Source of the DNA: Stegostoma tigrinum
Taxonomy: Eukaryota
Assembly: GCF_030684315.1 (NCBI RefSeq)
Contig: NC_081371.1
Location: 4,109,550 to 4,173,549 of the forward strand
Length of the DNA: 64,000 bases
Direction of reading: 5' to 3'
This document shows, one piece after another, positions 38,483-51,269 of this stretch; within the stretch, counting starts at the first letter, position 1; the number at the start of each line of letters is the position of its first letter. Under the pieces are notes generated by a model. That model made no database searches. It saw only the letters and a list, made by a program, of their open reading frames with translations, and was not told the origin of the DNA. Position numbers and translations under genes: made by a program.

Positions 38483-39268
38483 GCAATTTTCAGTGTTACT
38501 TGGAAATAAGGACTAGATGACAAATTTCAAAAAGATTTATTCAGCTCAGATTTGATTAAGTCTTTCTTTTCTTAAGATGAAACAGGAGTCTGCGCCTGTG
38601 TTTATGATGGTCTAAAAATAGACATGAATTCTCACATTTATCAGTGGGCGAAAATGAACGATGATAAATTGATTGTCACTCTACAACAAACCTGATTTTC
38701 TTTCCTATTGACTTCGATTGAAGAACAGTCATAGGTTGTTGATTTGTCTTGTAATAAAAAGGAAAATTAAGCCACAGATAGAGAAAAAATAGCAGTTTCC
38801 CTTCATTTAAAATTAGAAATGCACTCTAATTCTCAGAGTGTGATTTAAGCTGAGAGGGGAAAGAGAAACAGGCTATATTTCTTCATTTTAATTTCTGTGC
38901 AAATAAAGATTTGTATATTGAACATAAGTAAAGTTCTTTTTGCATTAAATGATGATTTGTAAAATTGTACTAATAGTTAGTGAGGATAAACATTCTCATT
39001 GTCAATACATAAGAGCAGAAAAGGCACGGGTAGATAGAGAGGCAAACAGAGAGACAAAGAAAGAGAGAGAAAATGTCGGAAGAAGATAAAGGGATTGACA
39101 TTTTAGAGGAACAAACATCTAACGCAACACACTTTCCGAAATTTCATAGAGAGTTCTGCACATGCTTAATTCCAGAATATTCCATGGCTGGTCTTTGTTG
39201 CTGACAAACATCAATCATCAACTAATAAGCCAACCCTACTTACTACATCAAACTAACAAATATCAAAT

Positions 39269-39373
39269 TCTGAAGAGGAGTCATATTCAACTTGAAGCTT
39301 TAACTCTGTTTTTGACTCTATAAATGCTGCCAGATCTGCTGAGTTTCTCCAGCTTTTTGTCTTTGTATTTCAA
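39269..39373 (+). mobile_element. Decayed PLE pLTR (family 2)
   Basis: ttctgaagagg...ttgaagctttaactctg...atgctgccagatctgctgagtttctccagc. Confidence 0.7.
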
Positions 39374-39407
39374 ATACCTAGTTACAACTGTTATCACACT
39401 GCACTTC

Positions 39408-39762
39408 ATGGCACAGTGGTTCAATGGTTAGCATTGTGCCCTCACAGTCCCAGCGACCTTGGTTTGATTCCAGTCTTAGTTGACTGTCTGTGTGAGCTTT
39501 CATGTTCTCCCCGTGTTTAATTTCCTCCAGATGCTTTGGTTTTCTCTGACAGTCCAAAGATTTGCAGGTTAGTGTGGATTGGCCATGCAAAATTGCTCAT
39601 AGTGTCCAGGGATGTGCGGGCTAGGTGGATTAGCCATGGGAAATGCGGGATTGTAGGGTTAGGGTTGGGGGATGGGTCTGGGTGGGATGCCGTTCAGAAG
39701 GTCAGTGTGGACTCAATAGGCTGAATAGCCTGATTCAACACTGTCAGGATTCTATGATTCTA
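39408..39762 (+). mobile_element. HE1-type V-SINE
   Basis: ggcacagtggttcaatggttagc, V domain, ggattctatgattcta tail. Confidence 0.88.
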
Positions 39763-40082
39763 CATTTCAAAAGTGGTAAGTAATAATAATTAAACACAGA
39801 TGGAAGAAGTATATATATCCAATTTAATTAAATTTTCACTGACAATACACACAGGGGATTTCCTTCCTGACTGACTGCAATCCTTGTGGTTTACTGTTGA
39901 ACAGACAGAGGTATGCGTTTCTAAACCTCTGAGAATGTGTGATCAATTTAAAATTACCAGCAGCAGATTTTGTGGGCTTGGACTAGATTATTTGTTTGAA
40001 AGATATCTCATTATGTCAGTCATGTACCACACGTTCAAGAAATGCACAATTATAGAAGATAAGGCATGATTACAAGAAAATC

Positions 40083-40575
40083 TGAAATAACTCCACAGAG
40101 GCTAGGATTCTGTCGTTGGGACACCCTCTATTTACATGTGGAGAGTCCTTGCCACTGATCCAGCTCTCTGAGAGAACAGAACCTCTCACACTCACAGAGT
40201 AGAATCCCTACAGTGTGGAAGTAGGACCTTTGGCCCAACATATCCACACCAACCCTCAGAACATCCCACCCAGACCCAGACCCATCCAAATCCCCCTATA
40301 AGCAACATAATCTACACACCCATGAACACTATGGCAAATTTAGCGTGGCCAATCCACCTAATCTGCACATCTTCGGACTGTGGGAGGAAACTGGGGCACC
40401 TGGAGTCAGTCAGTCACCCGAACCTCCTGGAGCTGTGAGGCAGCAGTGCTCACCACTGAGCCACCATGCCGCCTCTGTTTATATCTGTCAGCCAGGACTC
40501 CCTGATTGGACAAGGTTAATAGCCTCAGTCATGGTACTCATATTTTATGAGGTCCACGTGGTTGACCTCATTACA
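40083..40575 (-). mobile_element. Solo LTR (short family) interrupted by an HE1 SINE (40194-40473, minus)
   Basis: tgaaataactccacagaggc...acctctcacactc [SINE] tctgtttatatctgtcagcc...gacctcattaca. Confidence 0.82.
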
Positions 40576-41080
40576 ATCTCCGTAGAAGCTACTTTCCACT
40601 GTTCACCTATATATTTCAGATGAGTTCAGATAGCCAGTGCCAGGTGTATGGATTGTGTAGTCTATTGAAGAGTTGACTGTTCAGCAGGCCATGTGGACAA
40701 CCAATTGTGGTTCTTGTATTAGGAGACAGGTCCAGTCTTTAGAATCAGTCTGGTAGCATTTTCTTCTTGAAAGGCAAAGGTGGAACAGGCTGTGTTTGCA
40801 GCTGTTATATTACCCCATTGTTTCGCTGCTGTCAGCCCTACATCTCTGCTTCGATAAAAGTATTTCAGTATCAGAATACCAGCAACACTTACATGATTGA
40901 CAACATCAGCGTAAATAGGATGTGGATGTTGGTTTTTCACACTTGAGGATAATTAGATGTGCCAGCTTTCCCCCATGACATTATAAACCTGAAGGCCTAA
41001 TGTACACGAGCCCATTGACTTTGCATTTTAGAGTGAGCTTTGAACAATGACAGGTGCAAATTCTGAAAAGGAGTGCTGTC

Positions 41081-41409
41081 TGAAATAACTCCACAGAGGC
41101 CAGCATCTCATCACCATGTCACCGTTTACTTACACGTGGAAAGCCCTTGACGCTGACCCTGCTAGCCCAGAGCCAGTTCTCACAGTGAAAAGGATGAAGG
41201 GTCTAGGCCTGAAACGTCAGCTTTTGTGCTCCTAAGATGCTGCTTGGCCTGCTGTGTTCATCCAGCTCCACACTTTGTTATCTAGGGTGTCTGACACTCC
41301 TGTTTATGTCAGTCATCCAGGGGTCCCTGATTGGACCAGGTTAATAGCCCCAACCAGGGAACTCATATTCTATGAGCTCCATCTGGCTGACCTCGTTCCA
41401 GTTATTACA
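41081..41409 (-). mobile_element. Solo LTR (short family) interrupted by a short PLE pLTR (41193-41283, plus)
   Basis: tgaaataactccacagaggc...aaggat [gaagggtctaggcctgaaacgtcagc...gttatct] agggtgtctgacactcctgttta...ttattaca; flanks CTGTC/GTGTC. Confidence 0.85.
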
Positions 41410-42779
41410 GTGTCTTTGCCTGTTCATTTAGGAGAAGATACCCTCTCCCCTACTCCCAAGTGTAGAATAAAATTGAACATGGAACTTTATGGAAGGTTGT
41501 CAGTATATATTGAAGTTATAAAGGTCACATGAGCACATGGCAGCCTTATAAACCATCAGTTTCCATTAAAAAAATGTGGTTTTTAAATAAATAAGACTTT
41601 CATGCCTGAATTGGGAATGGCACACATTATCCTAAGTGTTGGAATGTAATCCCCAAAAGCAATGATGAAAACAATTTCAGACAAAACTGTTAAATTTAAG
41701 TGGGTTTTGAGTCCTTGTCACTTAATTTCCTGATCATTTACCACGAAAGGTATAAAACAGCCTCTAGTAACGAAGAAGCATGCTTCCTGTGTCACCAAAT
41801 AGAAAGACATCAAAGCAACAAGACATCAGTTTGTATTTTTTAAATATTTAGAGCAACAGTGAGTCACGGAACTATTAACTTGCATTCTCATGCATTATTA
41901 AGCGATACCAGTTCATTGAGTTGCCGGGACCGAAGGAAGAATTGGAAAAGGCGAATCAGTCTTATCTTAATAAATTATGAACAAACTCGTTTTCTGGGAA
42001 GTATTTTCACAAGCTCAGAGCACCCCAAATGATTTCATATCCCAGGAGCAAACGGTAGTCACTGTTGGAATTTAAAGATGTGCAGCTGTTGGTTTGTACA
42101 CAGAATGGTTTGCTCAGTCAGCAATAATACAAATGACCAGATATAGCAGGTTTTGTTCATCCTGCTGTGTTCGTCCAGTTCCACACCTTGTTAATATTAT
42201 GGCCAACTATTTATGGTTTCAGAAGTCGATTACAGGTTCATTATTATAGAGGATGCAGTGAGAATTCTTTTCCCCATTTTAGTAGATCGGGGATATATTA
42301 TATCCTTGCTACCTCACCTTCATATCAGTTTGAGAGGCAGCAATTGTAAGGGTGCAGTGCTCCCTCAGTAACATGCTGGGAGGCTCAGCCAGGTTTTGTG
42401 AAGAAAACAGTGAAACAAGCTGTGCACATCAGCAGGTCACTCAGTTTCTGAGAGAAAAATGCAGACAATGGATTGATTCTTTGGAGAAAGAGCTGAGATG
42501 AGCAGCTCCCTGATGCATTCCCACCACTAGAGATGGTTCCAAGTGAGGCTACGAGAGAAATCTGCGACTGCTCGGTTTTTAATCGCTTGAAGCCCCAAGT
42601 AAGGGCAGATTTTTGGATTTCATCAGCTGCAGACTTGACATAAATGGAAGCCAGCAGCTAAAATGGGCCATCCATGGTATTCAATTCAAAAACACCTGAG
42701 GTCACATGTGATTCACAATCTAAACACATACTGGGATACTCAGGAATTTATGGACATTTATAGGGAGTTTATGGGATGT

Positions 42780-43700
42780 GACAATCAGTATTTTCACAGA
42801 ATCCCTGCAGAGTATGTCAGAGGGTCCCTGGAGAAGGGAGTGTGTCGGTACTTAATAGGGCGTCCTCGGCGGTGGGGGGGGGGGGGGTGTCAGTATTTGC
42901 AGGGAGTCCCCGGGTTTGCGGTGGGGGGGGGCAGTGTGTCAGTATTTACAGGGGGTCACCAGGGGGAGTATGTCAGTGTTTACAGGGGGTCCCTGGGGGG
43001 AATGTGTGAGTATTTACAGCGGGTCCCTGGGGAGGGGGTTGAAAGAGGGGTGAGGATGTCTGTAGTTACGGGGGACCCCGAGGCAGGAGTGTGTCAGTAG
43101 TTACAGGGGTCCCCAGGGAGTGTGTCACTGTTTACAGGGATCCTGGGTGAGAAAGGAGTGGTCTCAGTATTTTCAGGGAGTCCTGGGGGTGGTGTCAGTA
43201 CTTACAGGGTCCCAAGGGGCAGGGGAAGTGTGTCAGTATTTGTAGGGAGTCCCTGGGGACCATCTCAGTGTTTACAGGGGATCCCTGGGGAGGGGAGTGA
43301 GAAGTGCGCATCAGTATTTATAGGGGGGTCCCTGGGGGGAGGGGGTGTCAGTACATACAGGGGGTCCCCAGGGGGAAGTTTGTCAGTGTTTACAGGGAGA
43401 TCCTGGGGACCATCTCAGTATTTACAGGGGGTTCCAGGAGGGGGGGATGGTGGGGTGTGTATCAGTATTTACAAGAGGGTCCCTTGGGGGAGGGGGGGGG
43501 TGTCAGTACATACAGGGGGGTCCCTGGTTGGTGGGAGTAAGAGGAGCCTGTCAGTACTTAGAGGAGTGTCCCCAGGGGTAAATTATGTCAGTAATTACAG
43601 GGGGTCCCTGGGGATGTGTCAGTAGTTACAGGGTGTTGCTGAGGAGTGTGTCAGTATTTACATGGAGTCACTAAGGAATATGTTGATATTTACAGAAATT
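42780..43700 (+). repeat. G-rich minisatellite, unit about 30-40 bp
   Basis: More than 20 imperfect units of GTGTCAGTATTTACAGGGGGTCCCTGGGGG with variable G-run spacers. Confidence 0.92.
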
Positions 43701-44182
43701 CTCTGGGATTGTTTCGGTATCAGAAGGTTTCAGTTTTTAGCGAATCGATAGGAACAGCTTTTCCTGTTGATTGCTCACTGAGAACCTCCAGCTCCACACT
43801 TAGGTCTGTTACAGGATTCTACTATATGTGCATCAGTCATTAGAATGATGCTGTCCTTTTAGTTATTATTTAGCGGCCTTCTCATGGAGTAGATTCTCAG
43901 TGTTTTCAGCATATCCCTCGAGAGTGTAGCAATGTTTACCTGTGTCTCTGCTGGGGTGTAACAGTATGTGAGCGATATTGATCAATGTCAAGATAGTTGC
44001 AGTGGATCCCTGGTCTTCCTTACATCAGAGCGACATTGCCACTGCCAAATTAATAGCTATGTACAGTATTATCACGCGCAGTCAAATATCATCATCCTTT
44101 CATCTTATTCAGACTTGTTAGAAAATCTGCACGCATGGGCTGTGATCTCTGGAATAGAACAGGCAGTAGGTCCGCAATGTCA

Positions 44183-44334
44183 GTGATAATGGGGACTGCA
44201 AACGCCGGAGAATCCGAGATAACAAAGTGTGGGGCTGGATGAACACAACAGGCCAAGCAGCATCTCAGGAGCACAAAAGCTCCTAAGATGCTGCTTGACC
44301 TGCTGGGTTCATCCAGCTCCACACTTGGTTATCT
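44183..44334. mobile_element. Fold-back PLE pLTR insertion
   Basis: Minus arm gtgataatgggg...gcacaaaagct turns at 44278-44281 into plus arm gctcctaagatgctgc...ggttatct. Confidence 0.88.
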
Positions 44335-44469
44335 GGGAATTGTGGGTACTTGGTTCATTGTAATAGACACTACCTGTTGCAACAATATCACAGAGACTTG
44401 GTGGGAGAGTAAAGTAGGATCGCATGGAAGACTGAATCAATGCTAGGTTTTCACAGCAGACTTTGTACT

Positions 44470-45080
44470 AATGGTGGTGGTGAGTTGGCTTCTTGAACCA
44501 CTGCAGAGGGAGGGAATTCAGGGATTTTGAGCCAGTGACAGTGAAGGAACAGCGATATATTTTGAAGCCAGGATGGTGAGTGGCTTGGAGGGGAACTTGC
44601 AGAGGTTGATGTTCCCCTGTGTATGCTGCCCTTGTCCTTCTGGATGGACACGGTTTTGGGTTTGGAAGGTGCTGTCTGAGAATCTTTAGTGAATTTCTGC
44701 AATCCATCCGTAGATAGTACCTGCTGCTGCTACTGAGCATTGGTGGTGATGGAGGGAATGAATGTTTGTGGATGTGGTGCAAATCAAGCGGCTGCTTTGT
44801 CCTGGATGGTGTCAAGCTTCTTAAGTATCGTTGGGGCTGCACCCATCCAGGCAAGCGGGGAGTATTCCATCACACTCCTGACTTGTGCCTTGTAGGTGGT
44901 GGACAGGCTTTAGGGAGTCAGGAGTTGAGTTGCTTGCTGCAATATTCCTAGCCTCTGGCCTGCTCTTGAAGCCATTGCATTTATGTGGTGAGTCCAGTTG
45001 AGTTTGTGGGCAACGATAACCCCTAGGATGTTAATAATAGATGTTTCAGTAATAGTAACACCATTGAATGTCAAGGGGCA
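44470..45080 (-). mobile_element. Non-LTR retrotransposon (second family) 3' fragment
   Basis: INILGVIVAHKLNWTHHINAMASRAGQRLGIL; collinear with 24400-25210. Confidence 0.85.
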
Positions 45081-46318
45081 TAAATGATTGCAGAGATCCA
45101 ACAAACTACACCTCATGCACTCTGCAAAACGGTCCTTGTTAAATCACAATGTGGCTTTCCATACACCTTGAGAACATTTAAGCTCCTAAAGAACTTACTC
45201 ATTTGGAAGACAGGGTTGACATGGACACAATGTGATGATCAATGTGAGATCTGAAAGTTTGACACAGCAGCAGCAGTCCAGATGGGGAAAACATGCTGTC
45301 CACATAGGAGACCTCAAGGGAAACAGATTATTGATTACTGAGGAAAATAGGCCCTCATCATAATTATTATCTTGCGAATTACAATCAATTATTAACCTAT
45401 TCCAATCCTTTCAGACACATACACAATATTGGCAAGATTTTATTTTTGCTAAAATACATTTCCAGCCCTTAGTTTTCTTTAATATCACGGTCGGGACATT
45501 CTGTCTCACATAAAATATTTTCTGTTTGCCAACATTTTTCAGTCTGAGCAGTATCTATGAGGAAATAATAGAAGACGGCATTAGAAAATTTGCACATGGG
45601 GCAGTTAAGCTGCAATACGAAAGTTACTTAGAATCTGGAGCTCAGAAACAGGCCGTCGGTCCACTTGGTCTATCCTTAATCTTATATTCTATTAAAGCCT
45701 CCTCTCACATTAATTACTTCCTTTCCCCCTGCCTCCGTATCCTTCTGTTTCTGTCTCTCAAACATATGCAGCTAAAGCTTAACTGTATGCGACTCTAATA
45801 AGTTGCCTGGGATTTGTAATTTAAACAATAATTATATCCACCATTCACTGGCTCAGAGGAAAATATAAAGCTAAAAAGATAAAACTGCTGATTCAGAACT
45901 AGCTTCAATACAAAAGCTGAAGATTTCTTATGAATTCCAACTAATGCTGAGACTTTGTACGTTTTGCAATCAAGGGACAAAACATCTAGAAAATACAAAA
46001 AAAATGACCTGATTGTTTCTTTCTACTCCAATTCCTGGCTCCAGCTCCTTCACCAGAACACTGCTCCAGGCTCCTTTACCCAATGACTGTTCCTGAACCC
46101 TTCATCCAATCACTGCCCCAAGACTATCCATTCAATTGCTCCTCCCAAGATTCTTCATCAAAATATGCTCCTAAGTTCCCTCATCTAGCCTTTTCTCTAA
46201 GTATTATCACCCAATCACTGCTCCCTGTGTACATCCTAGTACTTCTGGCTTCCTTGTCCCCTACATTATGATCCTGTTTCTGATCCCTTATGCTGCTCCT
46301 CATTTACCGCTTTATGCC

Positions 46319-46946
46319 TGTTATGGACCAGACCGAACACCCTTTCAGATATATCAAGAACATAGCCTGGACCTGAACTTTTACCTTATTTATAGACATG
46401 TGTAAGATACTGACTTCAAGTTGTGGTCCGTTTGGTTATACCAGTTGACTTTAAGCAAAACACAGTTTATTCTTACCCCATACAGTTAAAATATATACAA
46501 AAGGAAGAGGAATTATTATCACTTCAACTCTATTGGAAAACTTAACAGAATAATAGACCATTTAACTACTAAACAACTACTGTCTCAATATAGTAACATT
46601 CCATGTACATACTCTAGGCAAAGGCAAATTCAGTTAAACAGATTGTCTCACATATGATTCTGGCAAAGGGAGAGAACCCAAGTCTTTAGCTGTAGCCAAG
46701 AGGAATTTAATAGCTTCCACAGCCAACTTCCAAACCCCAACAACTACTGAAAGCTAAACTAAAGCTTTTCTGCTCCTCTGATGCTGCCTGGCCTGTTGTA
46801 TTCCACCAGTTCCACACTGTGTTATCAAGGCCTCACAAGCTGCTTATTTTGTTAGGCTCAAATAGACAGCTCAGTGCCTCTGCCTCAATCTCTCTCCAAG
46901 AACTAACAAGGACAATTATACTTCTTAAAGCTGTAGTATTGTCACT
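46319..46946. mobile_element. Solo LTR (~665 bp family) with a short PLE pLTR at 46763-46826
   Basis: tgttatggaccag...atagcctggacct...aagcaaaacac...ggcaaattcag...cttcttaaag, collinear with 27591-28256. Confidence 0.72.
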
Positions 46947-48049
46947 CCTCACTGCTGTCAATCCTGTCCTCCCTCTCCCCTTTCCTGGTCTAACCTGGCT
47001 AACGTGCTATTTAACTAAGGTGAACTTCCATCTAAGCCTTTGATTTTGCTCAGAATGTAACATTTCAAAGATCAAGCAAGGCAATGCAGAATGTTCTACT
47101 TTAAGTAAAGTGTTTTTCCTTATAGATACCTTTTCACTGTCGAGAGCCTTTGAGACAAAGGGTTAATGCAGTTCCTTGACCTTGGCAGGTAGAAAGATTT
47201 TTCTCTGTTTTGCTCTGATGTTACAATACTTGACTCCTTCTGAATGCGTGCTGTGTTTTAGTCTACAGTATCTGCTTTTTGTCATAATCAGTAGATGAAT
47301 CAGTTTTCAAACCAAGATCTCGTATCAGATCCACAATTCCTGCTTTCTTATCTCTACCATTGTTTCCTTTGCCCATGTTGTGCACATCTTAGTCTTGTAG
47401 TTTGCTGCCTTGGTCACTTATATCAATGTTATAGGAAACACACTCATGATTTATTCAATGATCCTTTACCCCACCATATTGCTTTCATTCAAATGAACAA
47501 TTCTGAAGCCCTTATTGAATAATCAAGATCTCAAATCCACTCTTTCACTCTTCTTTAAAACAACAAGGATTAAAAATCTCTACTGCAAAATCCAAAGCAT
47601 TCACTTCTTCATTCTATCATTAACAGAAGACATTGTAGCTGTTGTGTGCTGTAAGTGGGAATTAGTGGCCTCCTCAGAATTTGCAGCTTTAGTATGTAGC
47701 TGCTGGAACCATTTGGTGTTGGTGGTGAGAAGAGGGACGCGCCTGGGTTATTAGCATCCAGACCGGGGCCAGAGAAACTATGAGGGATTAGAGGCTTGCT
47801 CTGAAGAGGCTCTCCCAGAGCATTCTCGAAAGACTAAAAGCATGTCTGAATGTCCTCTGCTTCCCAGATGTCTGCAATAATCACATTTTAGGCTTTGAAA
47901 TCTTGGAGCACCTAATCTTTAATCTATCTTGGCATTCAGCCCGACCACGTCGGCAATTGTCATACATGAATCTGATTCCCCAGTGCAGCCATGAATGTAG
48001 TCCCCTGGAACACTTGCACATACAATTTCTTCCTGGTTAATTAATTCCT

Positions 48050-48470
48050 AGGTCTAGATTCAGGATCTCAGGATGTAGAATTGGTATGGATGGAGATGAG
48101 GAATAAGTCGGGAAAGAAATCACGAGAGCGAATAATCTATAGACCCCAAACAGTAACAACAATTTGGAACAACAAAGAAATACTGGGTGCCTGTGATAAA
48201 GAGGCAACAATAATGAAGGTTGATTTTAGTGTACATATGAACTGGAAAAAAAACATGTTGGCAATAGCAGATGGCTTGATGAGGAATTCATAAAATACTT
48301 TCCAGATAGTTTGTTAGAGCAGCACACTCTGGAACTAACCAGAAAGCAGGTGATACTAAACTTACTACTGTGTAATTTGACAGCATTAATTATTCACCTC
48401 AGACTAAAGGCACATTCACGTAGCATCAATCATAATATTACTGAATTTTACATCCAGTTTGAAAGAGGGG
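48050..48470 (+). mobile_element. CR1 ORF2 endonuclease-region relic
   Basis: VELVWMEMRNK.GKK....IIYRP...IMKVDFS.H.NW pattern of the APE domain; homolog in minus orientation at ~54430-54830. Confidence 0.7.
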
Positions 48471-48796
48471 CGATTGGTGCGGACAGCTGATGTTGAAGAT
48501 TCTCTGGCCTCATACCGAGAGGATACCTCCAAAATGCTGCTGACCTCCGTATCTAGTAGGAAATTTATGCAGGTCTAGGAGAAGGCTGGGCGTGTGGAAA
48601 ATGGATGTTACATGGCTCTTTGTTTCCCTGGGAACCACTCCCCACCACACCCGCTTCCCCAGAAGGAACAACATGGGGCAGCTGCCCTAATGAGAAATCC
48701 CAGCCTCCAAATCCCTCTCTGTTCATCCAGAAACCCTCGAGCCCAAACATTCAGGGAGGAAATTTGAATAATCTTAGCCATTAGTGACTGATTCTC

Positions 48797-48892
48797 AGAT
48801 AACAAAGTGTGGGGCTGGATGAACACAGCAGGCCAAGCAGCATCTTAGGAGCACAAATGCTGACGTTTCAGGCCTAGACCCTTCATCAGGAA
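48797..48892 (-). mobile_element. Short PLE pLTR insertion
   Basis: agataacaaagtgtgg...gacgtttcaggcctagacccttcatcag; TSD AGT[G/A]ACTGATTCTC at 48783-48796 and 48893-48906. Confidence 0.9.
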
Positions 48893-49659
48893 AGTAACTG
48901 ATTCTCTACGCTTTCGTTGGAGAGCGTATCGGAGTGGGGTGATTCCTGTGAATCACTGTTGTATTCCCAGCACTCACTCATTGTTTCTGAATTTCAGCCC
49001 CACATCCTCTTGTCCAGAGAGCTTTCTGATGGATTTGCGCTGACACAACTCAGAATTTTCTCCTTCCAATTCATGTTCAGATGAAGACGTTTTTCAAGAG
49101 AGGGACATTTCTGAAAGGTTGACATGCTGTCATCTAGATACAATACCATTGTCTGTTCTTGATTCCTCCATTATTGTGCTGTAAAAATTCTGCTTTAGCC
49201 CTGGCATTGATACTTTAATCTCTCTTTTGGGAGATATCACCAGTTGCGTTTTGGCTTTTAACACAGAGCTGTCTCTATAGGAGCTGGAAGATGCTAAGAT
49301 ACCTTCCAAGCCATGCCGTATAGCCTCTGGTGTCCAGCCCCAGCAGACAACGTTCATCTGTCATCCAACTGAGCCAATGTTAGACAATGGACAGCTAAGT
49401 TGGTCTGGCATCATGGGTAAGGAGTCTCGGATAAGCTCTAGAAACTGGTAACAGACTGCAGGAGGTCACCAATGCTTCTTCCATCTGAAAAGACAGAGTC
49501 AAGACATCCAAATGACTACCTCTGCTCCTGTTATAATTCATCTGCTGCAGAAAACTTTATCAATGGTTGGACTCTACTATTCTACGGCACCTCAGACCTG
49601 CCTCCTAGCCTCCTGAAAGTGGAATTCATCCAGAACTTGGCACCCTTAACCATGCACCT

Positions 49660-49895
49660 AGTCCCAAAGCAAACAGCAATTTCTTTGCCCTTGTATTGAC
49701 TTAGCTGACTGTATTCGCTGCTTGAAACGCAATCTCCTCCACGTTAGGAGGGCCAAGTGTGGGTCGCATGAGTTCTTTGGGGATTTTCTCTGCTCAGCCT
49801 GCAAGTATAACCCTGTGGCCCACCATTCTAATCCTTCACCACACTGCCTCACTCACATCACTGTCCATGATCTACTGCAGTGTTCCACTTTAAAA
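49660..49895 (+). mobile_element. Highly decayed PLE GIY-YIG relic
   Basis: KQQFLCPCIDLADCIRCLKRNLLHVRRAK...PVAHHSNPSPH...LLQC aligns by eye with KQMFICTSANVVYCIHCTRCGFLYIGETK...ANHFNSPSH...LLQC of 56742-57368. Confidence 0.6.
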
Positions 49896-50349
49896 ATAAT
49901 ACACTCCTGCCAGTTGTGTGACTGCAGTTTATATCATCAGTTGCCAACACTCCTGTCACATCAACCAATTCATGGTGCAGGGTAAGGATGGCTTCATGTA
50001 GTTCATCGCCACCAATTACCTTTCTCTTTGCTCTGTCTTGGTCCCATTTAGCAATTAATGGCAAAGGATACACCACCACAGATAGTCTAGAAGAGACAAC
50101 AAGAGGGTTTGCTGCATGATAGCAATAAGTACAACTACAGTTGGTTAGGTATAATGGCAAGCATTGTAAGCAGCTTGTAGAGATCCACCAGCTCCCGAAG
50201 GTCCTTGTTTGTGTCTGCATGAGAATGGGTGGAGCCAGTGTAATATGAATATTAACCATTCGCTTGTACAGCAGCATTGTTCCCTCTGGTGTCTCTCAAG
50301 TGTTGATCCTTGCCTTGTTTTGATTTCACATCCCCTTGCTGACATGTTC

Positions 50350-50805
50350 GAAAGCATGGCATTAGTTTCCATGTGAACTTGGATGACATACAGACCGAGC
50401 TCCCCATTACCTCCCATGGTTCCTCTGCTCTTGTTAAATCATCTGATGCTTATCCGACATCCCGTACAGATGTGCAGAAATTCCCTCCAATTAATAATTG
50501 GGAAGACTGGCTGTTTTCAGTTGTTCGCACAAACTCTGCCCACTCCATCCCTCTTCCTGGGAACACATTCAGATGAAGCAAGTCTGTTCACCACTTTGGC
50601 ATCACATTGGATTCTCAGATGAGCTTCACATTTGCATCATCTCTCAAGCTGCCTTTTCCCAACACTGCAATGTCTATTTTGACTTCACCTCTGTCTCAGC
50701 TCAGCTGAAAGCCTTGTTTACTACCTTCAGACTCAAATAGTCCTGACTGCCCATTCTTGACTAATCTTTCACATTACACCCTCCATAAACTTGAGATCAT
50801 CCAAG
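50350..50805 (+). mobile_element. L2-type LINE relic
   Basis: HGISFHVNLDDIQ (cf. L2 HGISFHxYADDTQ), RNSLQLIIGKT, and TLHKLEIIQ across frameshifts. Confidence 0.6.
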
Positions 50806-50849
50806 TCAGGGTGGTGGGGTGGGGGGGGGGTGTGGTGGGGGTTGCTGGT

Positions 50850-51170
50850 GATGGCCTCTTGATGTTATTGCTGGTCTCTTAGTCTGGAGACTCAGTTAAT
50901 GCTCTGGGGACCCAGGTTCAAATCCTGTCATGACAGATGGTGGACTTTTAATTCAGTTTTAAAAAAATCTGGAAGTAAGAATCCATTGTTGTTTGTTGGA
51001 GGAAAACCCATTGGGTTCATTAATTCCCCTTAGGGAACAAAACTTCCATCCTTACCTAATCTGGCCTACATGTGACTCTAGACCACAGCAATGTGGTTGA
51101 CCCTGAACTGCTGTTGGGAAATAAACCCAGGCCTAGTCTCATCCTGTAAATAAATAAAGAAAAAAAAATC
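50850..51170 (+). mobile_element. SINE family 3, near full length
   Basis: tRNA-like head with ggttcaaatcc B box, family 3 body, A-rich tail. Confidence 0.72.
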
Positions 51171-51269
51171 AAAAATCTACATCCTGTCTTTCAAGTCAGA
51201 TCAAGTCCCAATCCTCTGTCATATTTGCGTTTACAATCTACACAAACATAATGAAGACTAAAACCGTGG

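Noticed and set aside
42663-43625. Gly/Val-rich ORFs of 145 and 167 aa
   Set aside because: By-products of the G-rich minisatellite
42780-43700. Repeat-spacer appearance suggestive of CRISPR
   Set aside because: Spacers are G runs rather than unique sequences, units are degenerate, there are no cas genes and the context is vertebrate
46030-46300. C-rich decayed ~24 bp tandem repeat, and CT/GA-rich tracts at 32770-32835, 33180-33300 and 39020-39090
   Set aside because: Ordinary low-complexity sequence with no further structure
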